Assembly: GCF_006345805.1 (NCBI RefSeq)
Contig: NC_042998.1
Coordinates: 141,174,001 to 141,238,000, forward strand
Direction of reading: 5' to 3'
From: Octopus sinensis
Lineage: Eukaryota
Length of the DNA: 64,000 nt
Shown here: piece after piece, positions 1 through 47,614 of the stretch
Layout of the letters: every line of letters begins with the position of its first letter
Position numbering within the stretch: the stretch's first letter is position 1
The notes under the pieces: generated by a model
Databases searched by the model: none
The model's input: the letters and a program-made list of their open reading frames with translations, nothing else
What the model was told of the DNA's origin: nothing
Translations under genes and position numbers: made by a program

Positions 1-119
1 AAAATTGTTTAATGGAGGTTTTGTGTAAACCAAACATCCACACGTGTCGACAAATATTTAACGATAATATAAACTCTTAAAGTATTCTATGATAATTAAA
101 TGGTGGAAATATTTTATTA

Positions 120-280
120 TAAACTTTACTTACCATGATTGGTTGTTATAAATATGATCCTTTCTTCTAAAACGTGGGAAATTAGTTTGTTTTTGACAAG
201 AAAAACAAATTTCGTGTCAGCAACAGAGGAGCGCGACACCTTGAAAGGAAGTTTCTTGTGCGCATGTCCGTAAGTGTAAT
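120..280. promoter_or_regulatory. Possible first exon(s)/promoter of a neighbouring gene: ATG|GTAAGT on minus strand (ATG 136-134), plus ATGTCC|GTAAGT on plus strand (264-275)
   Basis: Local CpG enrichment, GGAAGT, GCGCATG and CACGTG motifs, perfect GTAAGT donors; downstream exons not identifiable. Confidence 0.3.
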
Positions 281-694
281 TAAGTCATACATTATTATGG
301 CGTCTGCTTGAAATTGCATCAAACATACGTGCACACACCCAAGCAAACACACACACATACAAAACTATCAGGGACCTATCAGCGGATGATGGATTTGCCA
401 AAAATAGTAGTAAAATCTATCTCAAATTTAACCCTACAGTCTTAAAATAAAGTGTTACATTTGATAAAGCTGTTATAGATACACTATACCTCAATGAAAA
501 AAGCGTAATAGTCCCAAGTGGAACACTTTTGATCACAGGTCTGCAAAATAAGGGCTAACTTGGGGTTAAACAATAATAACCACTCTTATAGGTTTTCTCC
601 ATCAGAACTGAATTTGATTTAAATTGACATGAATTATACTACAACATAGATTATGTACATTTTTGTACTTTACAGAAAGAAAAACTTTCTAGCT

Positions 695-1076
695 GGCATG
701 GCTGTGTGGTAAGGAGTTTGCTTCCCAACCACATAGATCTGGGTTCACTCCCACTGCTTGGCACCTTGTGCAGATGTCTTCTACTGTTGCCTCAGGCCAA
801 CCAAAGCCTTGTGAGTGGGTTTGGTAGACGAAAACTCAAAGAAGACCATCGTATATGTGTTTAAATGTGTGCATGTGTCTGTGTTTGTTCACAACCACTG
901 CTTGACATCTGGTGTTTGTGTGTTTATGTCTGCATAACTTAGTGGTTCAGCAAATTAGACAGAATGAGTACCAGGCTTTAAAAGAAAATAAGTACTAGGG
1001 TTCAACTAAAAATTCCTCAATGTGCTGCTCCAGCATGGATGCGGTCTAATGACAGAAACAAGTAGAAGATAAAAGA
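695..1076 (+). mobile_element. tRNA-derived SINE family B (with internal TG/TA microsatellite); many copies
   Basis: A box TGGCTGTGTGG, B box GGTTCACTCCC; full antisense copy at 3178-3576; fragments near 5000-5420, 17060-17230, 23780-23940, 31700-31820, 33815-33975, 36000-36310, 62850-62950. Confidence 0.85.
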
Positions 1077-2649
1077 TACTGCAAGTTTTCATGTAGTAAA
1101 ACATTTTATTTTACATCATAACAAGTCCCCTCCTTCCCTTTTTTTTTTTTTGTAGGGAGAGAAGGGAATTAGTTCTAAATGTTACTGATTTATTTTGATA
1201 AAGATCCAGGAAAAACAGAAGGTTAAATTGACAGTGATATTTAAAATTAAATGTTATACAGGGTGCAGAGAACAAAGAAAAACTTCCAGATTCACAATTC
1301 TTGATAAAAATCTCAATAGCAAACACACCATGTGTACCAGTTCAATCTATGATGATAATTGAAGACAAATGGTGAAACATTAGCTACTTGAAGACTGTCT
1401 TAGAACCTGCCTATCTTAACTCATACCACATCAATAGCTCTGTAAGATATGGGCAGATTATTTCTTGCTTTCTGTATGTTATCAAATCCAACTCACACAT
1501 CTACTTGCTGCTTTTTCAGATATTATGAACATGTGGCTAGATTAATGTAAAATGTTGCATCATTTATGCTTAAATAGTTGGAAACTGACTCATCCTGTAT
1601 GTTCCTAATGATTGGTCACATAAACTGGTCATATGATGATATAATACTTGACCAAGTCTGTTTCTTGGACTGGTCTAATTTTGTGCAGGATTAAGTTTTG
1701 TATCCTATCGCGTTATGCAATAGACCAACCAACACGACAAAATCAAATGCCTGTTTTAACCTTTGTCTTTAAATAGCATGGTTTTTCATTTTCACAAGTG
1801 AGGTCAGAATTTTCAGTGAGAGGAGAGACATTGCCAGGAAGCTATGTCACACTCACATCATTTTGTTCCTGTTTGCCAATCACTTATAACCAAATTTCAA
1901 CTGAGTTGAGAAACTATGTATGATTACTACAGACAGTTATCTTCATGATGTATCCACCTGGTTTGCTGTATTATTTTATTTAGTGAATAAATAAAGTATT
2001 ATAGTTTGTGAAAGCTCATTTTCTCATATTTCTTTCCTTCGTTCTATACATCATTCCTGAGAAACAAGGATTTGTAATGCGAGGGCCAGGGACATGTGTC
2101 GTACCTGCTAAAAACATAACACATTTAAGTGGGCAACAAGATCATGGTAATATTCATACATTTCCCAAGAACATTATCAGAAATAATCTCAACTAGAAGC
2201 TTACATTTTAACAATATTAAACAAATAATACATTATATAGTATTGTGAAATGCAAGATGTTATCAAATCTACAAATGTGTACTTGATAGAAATACAAGTT
2301 ACATACTAATGTTGGTTTTGGCACAAAATCAGCAATTTTGGAGGAGGGATGGTTGATTACATTGACCCCAGTGTGCTAAAATTTGAAACCAATAATTTCA
2401 TAAACTAGCAGAATTGTTAGCATGCCAGACAAAATGCTTAGTACATTCCTTCTGTCTTTTCAGTCCTGAGTTCAAATTCCACTGAGGTTGACTTTGCCTT
2501 TCATCCTTTTGGGGTTGATAAACTAAGTACCAGTTCAGAGCAAGGGTCACAATAATCAACTTACCTGCCTCCCCCGAAATTACTATTTTTAAAAAATCAC
2601 CATTGTGTCTATAATCAATGCTTTTACCAGCATCCAGGAATGTGTTTAA

Positions 2650-2871
2650 CCCTTTCGGTACCAACCAGGCTGAAACTGCCTCTGGCTCTGTAGTACAGAT
2701 GTCTTGTTTTCATAAGTTTTGAATCAAAATCTTCCACCAAACCTTAGTCACAATTTATGTTCCTAACACTTGTTTAATGATGACTAAGTTATTTTATTAA
2801 ATTCTTTGTTATATTTAAAATTAATTGAAAGAAACACAGAGCATCTCAAAATAAATATGGTAATGAAGGGA
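2650..2871. mobile_element. Second TTAA-flanked piggyBac-like MITE family (partial copy ~30930-31085)
   Basis: TTAA-CCCTTTCG ... AAGGG(A)-TTAA; shared internal sequence with the 31-kb copy. Confidence 0.6.
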
Positions 2872-3177
2872 TTAATATGTAAATTGGTATGTCCAATAAT
2901 GCTATACTGCTTTATGTAGTGGCTATGTAACCCTTAGAAGATGACAGGGCCAATCTATCGTCCGAAAAGTTAAATGACGAAGAAGATTGCATTCAATTTC
3001 CCACTAGAATATATATATATAAAGTAATTACTTTATTTTTCATAATTTGTTTTTGAAAAATAAGTACATGTCATCTACAGGCCTTGTGAAAAGAACTATG
3101 TCTTCTTGACACTGAAACACCAAATGAGGCTCTGTCTCCAAAGAGTTAAGCAATGAGTTTGTGGATGATTAATACTC

Positions 3178-3576
3178 TCTCTTTTACTCTTTTACTTGTT
3201 TCAGTCATTTGACTGCGGCCATGCTGGAGCACCGCCTTTTAGTCGAGCAACTCGACCCCGGGACTTATTCTTTTTGTAAGCCCAGTACTTATTCTATTGG
3301 TCTCTTTTTGCCGAACCGCTAAGTGACGGGGACGTAAACACACCAGCATCGGTTGTCAACAAACACAGACACACAAACACACACACATGCATATATATAT
3401 ATACATATATACGACAGGCTTCTTTCAGTTTCCGTCTACCAAATCCACTCACAAGGCATTGGTCGGCCCGGGGCTATAGCAGAAGACACTTGCCCAAGAT
3501 GCCACGCAGTGGGATTGAACCCGGAACCATGTGGTTGGTTAGCAAGCTACTTACCACACAGCCACTCCTGTGCCTA
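3178..3576 (-). mobile_element. SINE family B, young full-length copy
   Basis: Reverse complement of the 695-1076 element with CpGs retained. Confidence 0.85.
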
Positions 3577-5234
3577 TAGGAGCTGATGAAGAAGCAAAAA
3601 CTCCATTATCAACTTTTTCATCTTCAATCTCATTATTTGTTTGCATCTAACCTTTCAGATACGAAACGTCATAACAAAATCAGTACTGGCTAGAATTTCT
3701 ACAAAGAAATCTTCAGAGATGACCATAACACACAAAATTGCAACAATACACAGTAAAAGAAAAAGGCTTTAAGAGAAAGAGTTTGGGTAAGGACAGTATG
3801 AATGTGGTTTAAAACATACCATTACAATTTCTTTAAAAAACTTTTGATTATACCTTTGGATTCAGAGATGCAAATGTGGCTGAGATGTTGAGAAGCTTGC
3901 TTCTCAACCATGTGGTTCTGGATTCAGTCCCACAGCATTGCACTTTGGACAAGTGTCTTCAATTATAGGTTTTGAGCCAACCATAATCACATAAATAGAA
4001 TTTGTTGGAACTATAAAAAAAAAACCTCTTGAGCGTGTGTGTATGTATATGTTATATATAAATCCTCTATATTTTATCTGTTTCGGTCATTAGACTGTGG
4101 CGATGCTGGAGCATTACCTTGAAGAACTTTTTGTCAAATGAATCAACTCCAGTACTTTTCTTCTTTTTTAAGCCTGGTACTAATTCTATTAGTCTCTTTT
4201 TGCCGAACTGTTAAGTTACAGGGACAGGCATGGCTGTGTGGTAAGAGGGCAGAAACATTAGCACACCGGGCGAAATGCTTCGCAGTATTTCGTTTGAGTT
4301 CAAATTTTGCTGAGGTCGACTTTGCCTTTCATCCTTTCGGGGTTGATAAATTAAGTACCAGTTATGCACTGGGGTCAATGTAATTAACTTAATCCTCTTG
4401 TCTGTCCCCTCTATGTTTAGCCCCTTGTGGGCAATAAAGAAATAAGAAGCTTGCTCCAGGTTCAGTCCCAATGTGTGGTACCTTGGCCAAGTGTCTTCTA
4501 CTAAATCCTCAGGCTGACCAAAGTCTTGTGAGATGGAAACTGGAAGAAGCCTGTTGTATATTTTGCCATGAGAGGAAAATGTTGCCATTGATCTATTTTA
4601 TTCAAGGTAGGCAAGGTAGGCAGTGCCTGCCTTAAATAAAATAGATCGATAGCAACATTTTCCTCTCATGGCAAAATATGCACCTAATTCAATAAAATTA
4701 CGAAGGTTAGTCTGATTATTATGCATAAAATTGCAAAATGTTTTATTCTTTTGCAGATTAGGTAGGTATAATTTGCCCCTGCTTTTCAATCTTAGTATTT
4801 AAGCTACGCATATTTCTGCTATGTACATTTCTACAACACTGTTTTCTTTTTGTGCTATAAAAGCAGAAACAGATCTGCCTTCAACTCAGTTGCGCATCTA
4901 TGATTTGCTTATTTTCTCTGTTTTACTACATAAAGGTCACTAACTGTCTACTCTGAGTAATTACTGATGGCAAGTGCCTGATATATATGTGTGTGTGAGT
5001 GTATGTGTAAACCTGTATGTCATTGTGTATGTGTTTGTCTCCACCATCACTGCTTGACAGCCAGTGTTGTGTGTTTATCTCCCCATAACTTAGTAGTTCA
5101 GCAAAAGAGACTGATAGAGTAAGTAGTAGGCTTTAAAAAAAAAGTCCTGAGGTTGATTCATTCAACTAATACCCTTCAAGGTGGTGCTCCAGCATGGCTG
5201 CTGTCAAATGGGTGAAACAAGTAAAAGAATAAAA

Positions 5235-5273
<39 letters not shown>

Positions 5274-5699
5274 ACAGGCTTCTTTCAGTTTCTATCTACC
5301 AGATCCATTGACAAGGCACTGGTCAGCCTGATGCTGTAATAGAAGACACTTACTCAAGACGCCACACAGTGGGACTGAACCCTGAACCATGTGGTTTGGA
5401 AGCAATGCCATGCCTGCACCTCCCATTGAAATATAAAATGTATGTATTTGTGTATATGTCCATGTCTTTTCATTATGTAATAACAGCAACTGAGCATCCA
5501 CTGTACAACACACAAGAAATGTTCTTTTCTAGTCTTCCATGAAATTCATGCCTGACCATGGGGAAAATATTCCCTGGCTTGGAAATAGGTGTGGGGAGTG
5601 GCAACAAAATGAGCATCAGCCCTTTGAAATTCTACCTCAACAAATTGTGTCCCACCATTGCAATTACGGAAAAGTAAATGTAAAAAGTAAAAAGGGAAA

Positions 5700-6350
5700 C
5701 ACTATGTGACAAGGTGGAAATGGTGAGAGGGTTCTGTTATTTGGGAGATAAGGTGGATGTGAAGCAGCTGTGACAGCAATAGTGAGACTTGGTTGGGTGA
5801 AGTTCAGAGAATGTGGAGCATTATTATATGGGAAAAGGTTCTCATTGGAGACGGAAGGAAAGGTCTATAGGAGTTGTGTGAGAGCTGCAATGCTGTATGA
5901 GTGAGACATGGTGTTTGAGAGAGAGAGATATGGCAATTTTGAGAAGGAGTCAGAGAACAATGGTGAGAGAAATGTGTGGCGTGAGGCTGTTTGATAAGAG
6001 GACGGAGGACTTAAAGGGGATGGTGGGATCAGAGGAATCAGTGGAATGGCTGGCAAGGGCAAATGGAGTGCAGTGGTATGGACATGTGTTGAGGAGGTAT
6101 GAGGAGCATATTCTGAAGAGGGTGCTAGAGTTTGAGGTAAATGAACAGCAAAAGCGAGGTAGACTGAGGAAAATGTGGAGGGGACAGATGGAGGAGTAGA
6201 TTGGGAGGGTTGGCTTGAGAAGAGAGGACACCCGAAACCAAGCAAGATGGGGAGATGGTGTGAGGGCAGTTGCTATGGCATTGAGAGCCACCCCTGTTAA
6301 TGGCGACAAAACCTGGATTCAAAATGATGGATGATGATGACAATGAAACA
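5700..6350 (+). mobile_element. RTE-clade LINE 3' fragment, decayed
   Basis: FCYLGD, VYRSCVRAAMLY.SETW, WYGHVLRR, KRGRLRKMW; (GAT)n tail. Confidence 0.85.
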
Positions 6351-7855
6351 CATGACAACAATATCTACAATTAAATTAGTCAAACTTGAAAATGTTTTAG
6401 AGAATTTTATTGACCAAATGCTCTTGTACATAGACTAAAGTGTGTGTATGTGTGTGTCCACACATATATTTGCATATATTTGTATCTATCTATATATATA
6501 TATACATACATATATGTATGTATGTATAAATATATATATATATACATACATACACACACATATACATATATGTATATATATTTTCATATATACATAAAGG
6601 GAGACATATAGAGAATGGTACCACCAGAAGAATTTATAATGAAACAGTAAGCAGTAAGTATAGTTTAACAGAGGCACATCAATTAAGGAATGGTACCAAA
6701 GAGCCATTCCAAAACTTGGCAATCATGAAGGAAAAAAAACAGGTGTACCTGCAAAAAAAGAAAAAGAAAATCGATTAAATATTTAAAAAAAAGTCTGGCG
6801 AAGTGTATACAATGACATAGAGGTGTTATTTAACATCCATTTTTTCATGCTAGTAAGGGTTAGATGAAGAGTTTATTCAGAGCAGAATTTTACAGCTTTC
6901 AAAAAAATACATGCTTCTGACAAATTTATTTTTTATCAATGAGCCAAACCTATTACAAACAACTGATGTAAATATAAACTTGCTGTTGCATCCCTGGGTA
7001 TATTCTTTATGGCATTCCAGTTATAAAAATACTGTTTTTTTTCCATTTACTCCTTTACTAGTTTCACTCATTGCACTGTGACCCTGTTGCAGTACAGCCT
7101 TCAAGTGTTTTAGTTGTGTCAACCTACAACCTAGCACTTGGTCTGTATTATTTTGTCACTATCTATTCAGCAAATGGTTAAGTTCACTTTATCCATTTAC
7201 ATTCATTTTTTTTTTTAGAGTTATTTCCCTTCAGGAACATCACTACCACCATGTGTATACATACGCGCGCATGGCAAACTTCTGCACAGTTCCCACCACC
7301 CAATTTCTATTCACAAGGTATTGGTCAACCCAGAACCACATGGCTGTGAAACTAACTCCTTAACCATATAGCCATGCTTGGGTACATATTGAAGTGTTTT
7401 TGGATTTTATTGTTCCATTCAGCCACAGCACCTTTGTCATGAAGTCTATATTGACATGTAAGATATTTGATAAAAAAACAGATATTTAATTTAAATAGCA
7501 CTTTACTACTTCCACCACCCAGCCTACAAGAAGAAGCCTCCATGTAGTTGCTCAGTCTATCAGAAATAAGTTAGACTTCCCTTGAAAAACACTATGTTAT
7601 CATGAAAAAAGAACATCACACCAGAAAGTCTCTGTGGATGATGTATTCCTAGTTACATGATGAAAAGTCTACGATCATAGCTCTGCCTAATCAGGAGTAA
7701 AATGGAATCTAAAGAGCAACAACAACAAAGACTCACCTTGCAACAAATAACAAAACAAAATGGAACAGAAGAAGACAAATGTTATTTCAGAAGAGAAAGT
7801 ATGTTCTAGATGTGTTCAATAGAGATGAAACAACGTACATATTGATTTATTGATC

Positions 7856-42522
<34,667 letters not shown>

Positions 42523-42526
42523 GTTG

Positions 42527-42570
42527 TTACAAAGTACTAATGCACATGCGCTACCGGAACACTAGTTACT
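42527..42570 (-). promoter_or_regulatory. ThrRS core promoter region
   Basis: CpG-containing segment with TTCCGG (ETS-like), GCGCATGTGC (NRF1-like) and TTAGT (initiator-like) immediately upstream of the exon 1a ATG. Confidence 0.4.
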
Positions 42571-43627
42571 TGCAATATCAGTTAATAAAAAAAATTAATC
42601 TGTGTAATAAACTGTATTGATTGCATCAGATTTACCTATTTTTATCCAGGCCGTCAATAAATAAATAAATAAAAATAAAAACAAACACATTTACAGTTTT
42701 ATAGCTTTTTAAGAACAATCCTACTAAATAAGTATCAAGCTTTTAATATATGTTGTATTTAGTTGCTTGAGGTAAGTGCAAAACCTTTAATGCTCAGAAC
42801 ATTATATTGAAGTACAAATAATGTGCAGCAAGGAGAAAACACGGTATTAATAAAATATTACATTCAAAGAAAGGCATAATAAATTAATAACATGTATGTA
42901 TGTAGTCCTTTTAGTTTTAGCTAGCACGGGAGATAACTCTGAGCATATTTCGATTTTATTCTGACTTCCTCGACACAGCAATGGCTTTTCCGTACTTACC
43001 AAAATAGTGTAAAGAAGCCACAAAATAAATGTACTTGATTGTACAGTTTTTTGTGTAGGAAAATAGAATTGATTAATAGAGTTAATTTAAATGTCACCTT
43101 AATAATGCTAACAACGAAACAAGTGACAATGATCTCATGCAAGAGACATGATGTCAAAAATTCACACACAACGTTTTTATACATTTTCGTATTATATATT
43201 ACTAGTATATTATATATTTACTAGTATTCGTGACTGGCATTGCTCGGGTTTATTGTCGTCTAAAATAATTATAATCACATATATTCATCCAGTTGTGATT
43301 TTGTATCAGCTGCTTTAAAAAAGATTATTTCCCGTTCAACAGGAAATGTTGAATCACTCAGAAGTGTTGTGTTCAAACAATTTAGAGGATAGTTCAAGTA
43401 AAGATTCATAAAAATGCATAAATAATGAAATGAATAAATAAATAAAACTAAACTCGTCGGTGACATTCTTAATGAATAACCAACCATACTGAGATTTTCA
43501 CCTCCGGTACAAAACGGAAGTAATGTAGAGAATGTAACAATCTTAGCCCATCTTTTATAGATAAAATCATAAACATTGCTTCCCCCACCCCCGGAAAGTG
43601 CAGTTGTTTTCAATTAGTACTTCAATT

Positions 43628-43766
43628 GGCGTAACTTCGGTATAGGTACCGGATACATTTCAAGAAAGTGTTTTTTTTATATATATGGGGGGGGGGTTAA
43701 AAGGATTTCTGTTATCTTCAGAAATATAAACAAAGCTTCTTACGGTACCTATACCGAAGGATCGCC
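43628..43766. mobile_element. 139-bp MITE with GGCG-terminal TIRs and 8-bp TSD (Merlin-like)
   Basis: 17-bp perfect inverted core CTTCGGTATAGGTACCG; perfect TSD CTTCAATT at 43620-43627 and 43767-43774. Confidence 0.8.
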
Positions 43767-43903
43767 CTTCAATTTATATAAATACCCTAAATGAGTTATT
43801 TTTCAGCATTTGCCTCTTAACTGGCATTCACAGGAAGTGATTGTTTAAGCTCGGAGCTGGCTGTGGAACCCATCTCGTCTGTCCAATAATTCCACCGGTT
43901 TAT

Positions 43904-46760
43904 AAATAATAATAATAATAATAATAATTGTGTACAATGCTCAGGTGCACTACAACTCATCTAAAGTGTATATATAATCAGGTGTAGTTTCGGCGGATTT
44001 CGGAAAGCATGAGGGCCTTAAAGGATGCAGTGTCATGGCAGTCAACAACTGACGCAGGCAGTTTATTCCATGCTTCAGCAACTCTGAGCGTGAAAAAATG
44101 TTTCCGAAAGTCATGGGAGCTGTGTTGTTTTCTGACTTTGTAGGCATGTCCACGTGTGTTAGACACATGGAGATCAAAAAGGTGTTCAGTGTTGTTGTTG
44201 GTGAGGTGGTTGATAACCTTGTGGGTGTTTACCAAGTCCGTCGCCAGACGCCGGAGCTTCAGTGAATCCATGCCCAGGGAAACAAGGCGCTCAGAATATG
44301 GTAGGTGTCTGATGGAGGGTATGCGTTTGGTTGCACGTCTCTGGACAGATTCCAGGAGGTCAATGTTCTGAGCAAGATAGGGATTCCAAACTGATGATGC
44401 GAATTCCAAGTGTGGTCGTACCATAGTTGTATACAGTTTTAAATAGATGGCTGGAGAGCGGCTAACAAAAGTCTTGCTGAGTGATGCCAAGACACCCTCG
44501 GCCTTCTTGACAATTTTAGAGATATGCTTTGTCCAACGCAAATCACTGCTGACAGTGATGCCTAGGTCACGCTCGCAAGAGGATTTCTTGATATCAGTGT
44601 TGTGGAGGGAGTATGTGGACGCAGGGTTTTTTCTCCCAAAATGCATGGTGGTACACTTGTCCACAGCCAGTTTCAGTTGCCAGTCTGTGATCCATTGCTG
44701 CATTGTGTCTAGGTCTGATTGCAGGAAAGAATTGTAGACATCAGGATCAGTCCTCTTGATTTCAAGGTACAGCTTGATGTCGTCTGCATATTTCAATACT
44801 GTGGCATTCTTTAAATTGGCATCTATGTCATTGATGTATGCCACAAACAGGAGGGGACCAAGGACAGATCCCTGTGGTACACCCGATGACATCTCATATG
44901 GTGTAGAGTGCTGTCCTAGAACTGTGACTACCTCCTTTCGGCTGAGGATGAAGGATTTCAACCAGTTAAAAAGGTCATCCCCCACACCCATTGCAGAGAG
45001 TTTCACCATAAGCCTTTTGTGTGGCACAGAGTTGAAAGCCTTAGCAAAGTCAAGGTAGACAACATCCACCCATGAGCCACTGTCAGTGATCTGAGTAATG
45101 TCCTCAAGGAATTCGACAAGCTGGTCACTGCAGCTGGAGTTAGGGACAAATCCATATTGTGAGGGTCGGATGAGACTGTGAGAGCTCCAGAAGTTCCAGA
45201 GTGTTTCTCTGACACACGATTCCATCAGTTTTGCAATACAGCTAGTGAGACTGACTGGGCGATAGTTGACAGGTGATGTGCGGTCACCCTTTTTGAACAG
45301 AGGAATGACGCTGGCAGTTTTCCACTGCTCCGGAGTAGCACCATTGTTGAGACAGTACTGGAAGAAAATAGAAAGCTGGTGTAAAAGGAAGTGCCTGCCA
45401 CGTTTGAGAAGCAGGTATGTAACTCCATCGAGACCAGGGGAGGCATAGTTGCGCTTATTTTGAAGGTGACGTCGCAGCATTGCAGGTGTAAATTCCATAG
45501 TTGTTATGGAGTTTGCTGTTAGTGATGGTGAAGATGGTACATTTTGACTTTCAACAGTGAATATGTTTGCATAGCACTCGGCAATGAGTTCTGCGCATTC
45601 CTTGGGGTCGTCAGTGATCTGGTTTGTGTGAGGGTTGCGAAGAGGGCCCACTGGAGAGTGAGGTTTCTGCTTTGAATGCACATATTTCCAGAAAACCTTG
45701 CTGTCAGGATTGGCTGCTATGCACTGTTCAAATTCAAGCACTGCATTTTTTGTCACTTGCTTGAGATGGTTGGAGGATTTATTCCGCTTCTTCCTGTTGG
45801 TGTCTGATTTATGCAACTTGTATTCCTGTTCAGCAGTCCGACGTTCCTTCCTCGCAAGTCGGACCGCTGAAGTTTCCCAAATTGCCCTTTTGGGGCGGTT
45901 CTTCTTTTTTTGTTTACGTGGCACTGATGCTGCACATGCTGCCCATATTGAGTCCAGGATACTCTGGAGTATAGTATTCACATCTCCAGAGTTGTAGAAT
46001 TCACGCCAGTTTGGGTGCTGTAGTTCAGTGTGGTACAAGTTCCAATCTGCTCTCTTCCAATCGAAGGAAGCAGATTGGAGATGGTTCAGGTGTTTGTTGC
46101 CCGCAAGAGCCAGATTGGCGATGATCATAGCATGATCAGAGTCACCTAGAGGTTCCTCCGTAGTGCAATTGATAACCGCTTCAGGAGTTGTGGTGAAGAG
46201 CAGGTCGAAGGTGTTGTCGCCTCTTGTTGGAGAGGTGACTACTTGTGACCAGTTTGAGTCCAGCACAAGCTCAACAAAATCGTTTGCACTCTGTGGCCAA
46301 TGGAAGGTTTCCCAATCGATCTCAGGATGATTGAAATCGCCTGCAATAAACACATAAGTGGCTGTTTTCCTGGCAGCAGCTCGGAGGATGTTGCAAAGCT
46401 GTGTGTCCTGATGGTAATTTGGGGGACGATAAACAACGCCAAGCAGGAGTGTTGACATGGTCATACGTACGTCACAGAAAAAAACTTCTTCTTGTGATTC
46501 GCTCAAATCGGCACAAGGAATTACCAAAAAATTTGAACGAACGTAGACCATCACACCACCACCACGGCGGTTAGTGCGGTCCTTACGGAAGAGGTTGTAC
46601 CCCGTAATGTTGAAAACCCCATCACAGAGTAAGGAATGCGCCCATGTTTCCGTGACAGTGATGAAGTCAGGGTCAATACTTCTGACGTAGGCGTTGAACA
46701 AATGTATTTTGTTGCATAAACTGCGAGCATTTAAGGACAACAATTTGTACCCTGCTCGCA
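43904..46760 (-). mobile_element. CR1-group (CR1/L2-like) non-LTR retrotransposon with an uninterrupted APE endonuclease + reverse transcriptase frame (43978-46743, 921 codons)
   Basis: LSLNARSL, TETW, GDFNHP, DSDH (APE); NYRPVSL, DFAKAF, GVPQGSVLGP, YADD (RT); C-terminal FFTLRVAEAWNKLP; short 3' UTR and (TTA)8 tail; candidate 6-bp TSD GTTTAT at 43898-43903 and 46761-46766. Confidence 0.95.
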
Positions 46761-47614
46761 GTTTATGATGGTGTGCAGAGGATGGCAGGTTGTCCTAGCT
46801 TAGTTTCCCTGAGTTGCTGTAGTCTTTTTAGTTATTGTGGGTAGAGAGCACTCAGACCAGCTGGTATCTCTCTTCCACGTTTCATCAGTCTTGACAAATC
46901 TCCAGATTTGTCCATCTTCCCGAAGACTGAAGCTTTCCTGTAGAGCTGAGTTCCTGTGGACACAATAGTGAGCGCCTCTAAAGAACATGCTTTAACAAAA
47001 GCTAATGAGTACTTCACTTCCAGTGGTCTTATAGTACATCAGACACAAACCCAGGATTTCTAAGTCTCCACGCTGTTGTCGGAAAGTCATTAACCATTGT
47101 TAAATCCACTATTCGGATAGCATGAAGTTTACTGTCGTAAAAAAGTGAAAGTAAAATATCCCCCCACCACACAAAAAAAAACCCCACCGGAAGGGACGAC
47201 GCTGACACCCTAAAATTTCATAAAAATAATAACAACTCCCTCGTTGTGCCAGTCTACATGCACCTACATCTGTAGTAAATTCTAGATCTCTACTGCTTTT
47301 TCACAAATAGCAGCTGAGGTACACCGTACAAACATACCATACCCAGCAACGAACACTACTGACAAGGGAATTCGATGGCTTGCATGTTAGCCAACACAGT
47401 TACATGCGGAGGACGTAATAGTCCTGCACAGTTAATGAGCTGTGGAGAAATAACAGACGGGGAGGTGACATTGTTCTTGTGAATTCACTATATGAACTAA
47501 TTCCCTTTTTTAAAGTCATTTGACTTTACCCATTACAATTCAGCTAATGTATATGTAGGTAAGAGACTATTCGCAAACGAAATGATTTTGTGCTGCAAAT
47601 AAGTAATAATATAA

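Noticed and set aside
1150-2010. Possible plus-strand spliced transcript or snoRNA host (acceptor-like sites, ATGATGA boxes, AATAAA at ~1986)
   Set aside because: Candidate exons have stops or give only unrecognisable short peptides, and no C box has a properly spaced D box and terminal stem.
3584-3670. CTGATGA ... CGAAACGTC hammerhead candidate
   Set aside because: No stem I or stem II pairing. Similar weak hits at ~2930-2970, ~12305-12345, ~19905 and ~25150 were also dropped as too degenerate or inside coding/transposon sequence.
42527-42547. 6-codon uORF (ATG TGC ATT AGT ACT TTG TAA) ending 4 nt before the ThrRS ATG
   Set aside because: Its ATG is part of an NRF1-like motif and lies upstream of the initiator-like TTAGT, so it is probably outside the transcript; it cannot be supported without TSS data.
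44156-46442. Several 60-100 aa ORFs on other frames/strand within the LINE
   Set aside because: Shadow ORFs of the long RT frame.
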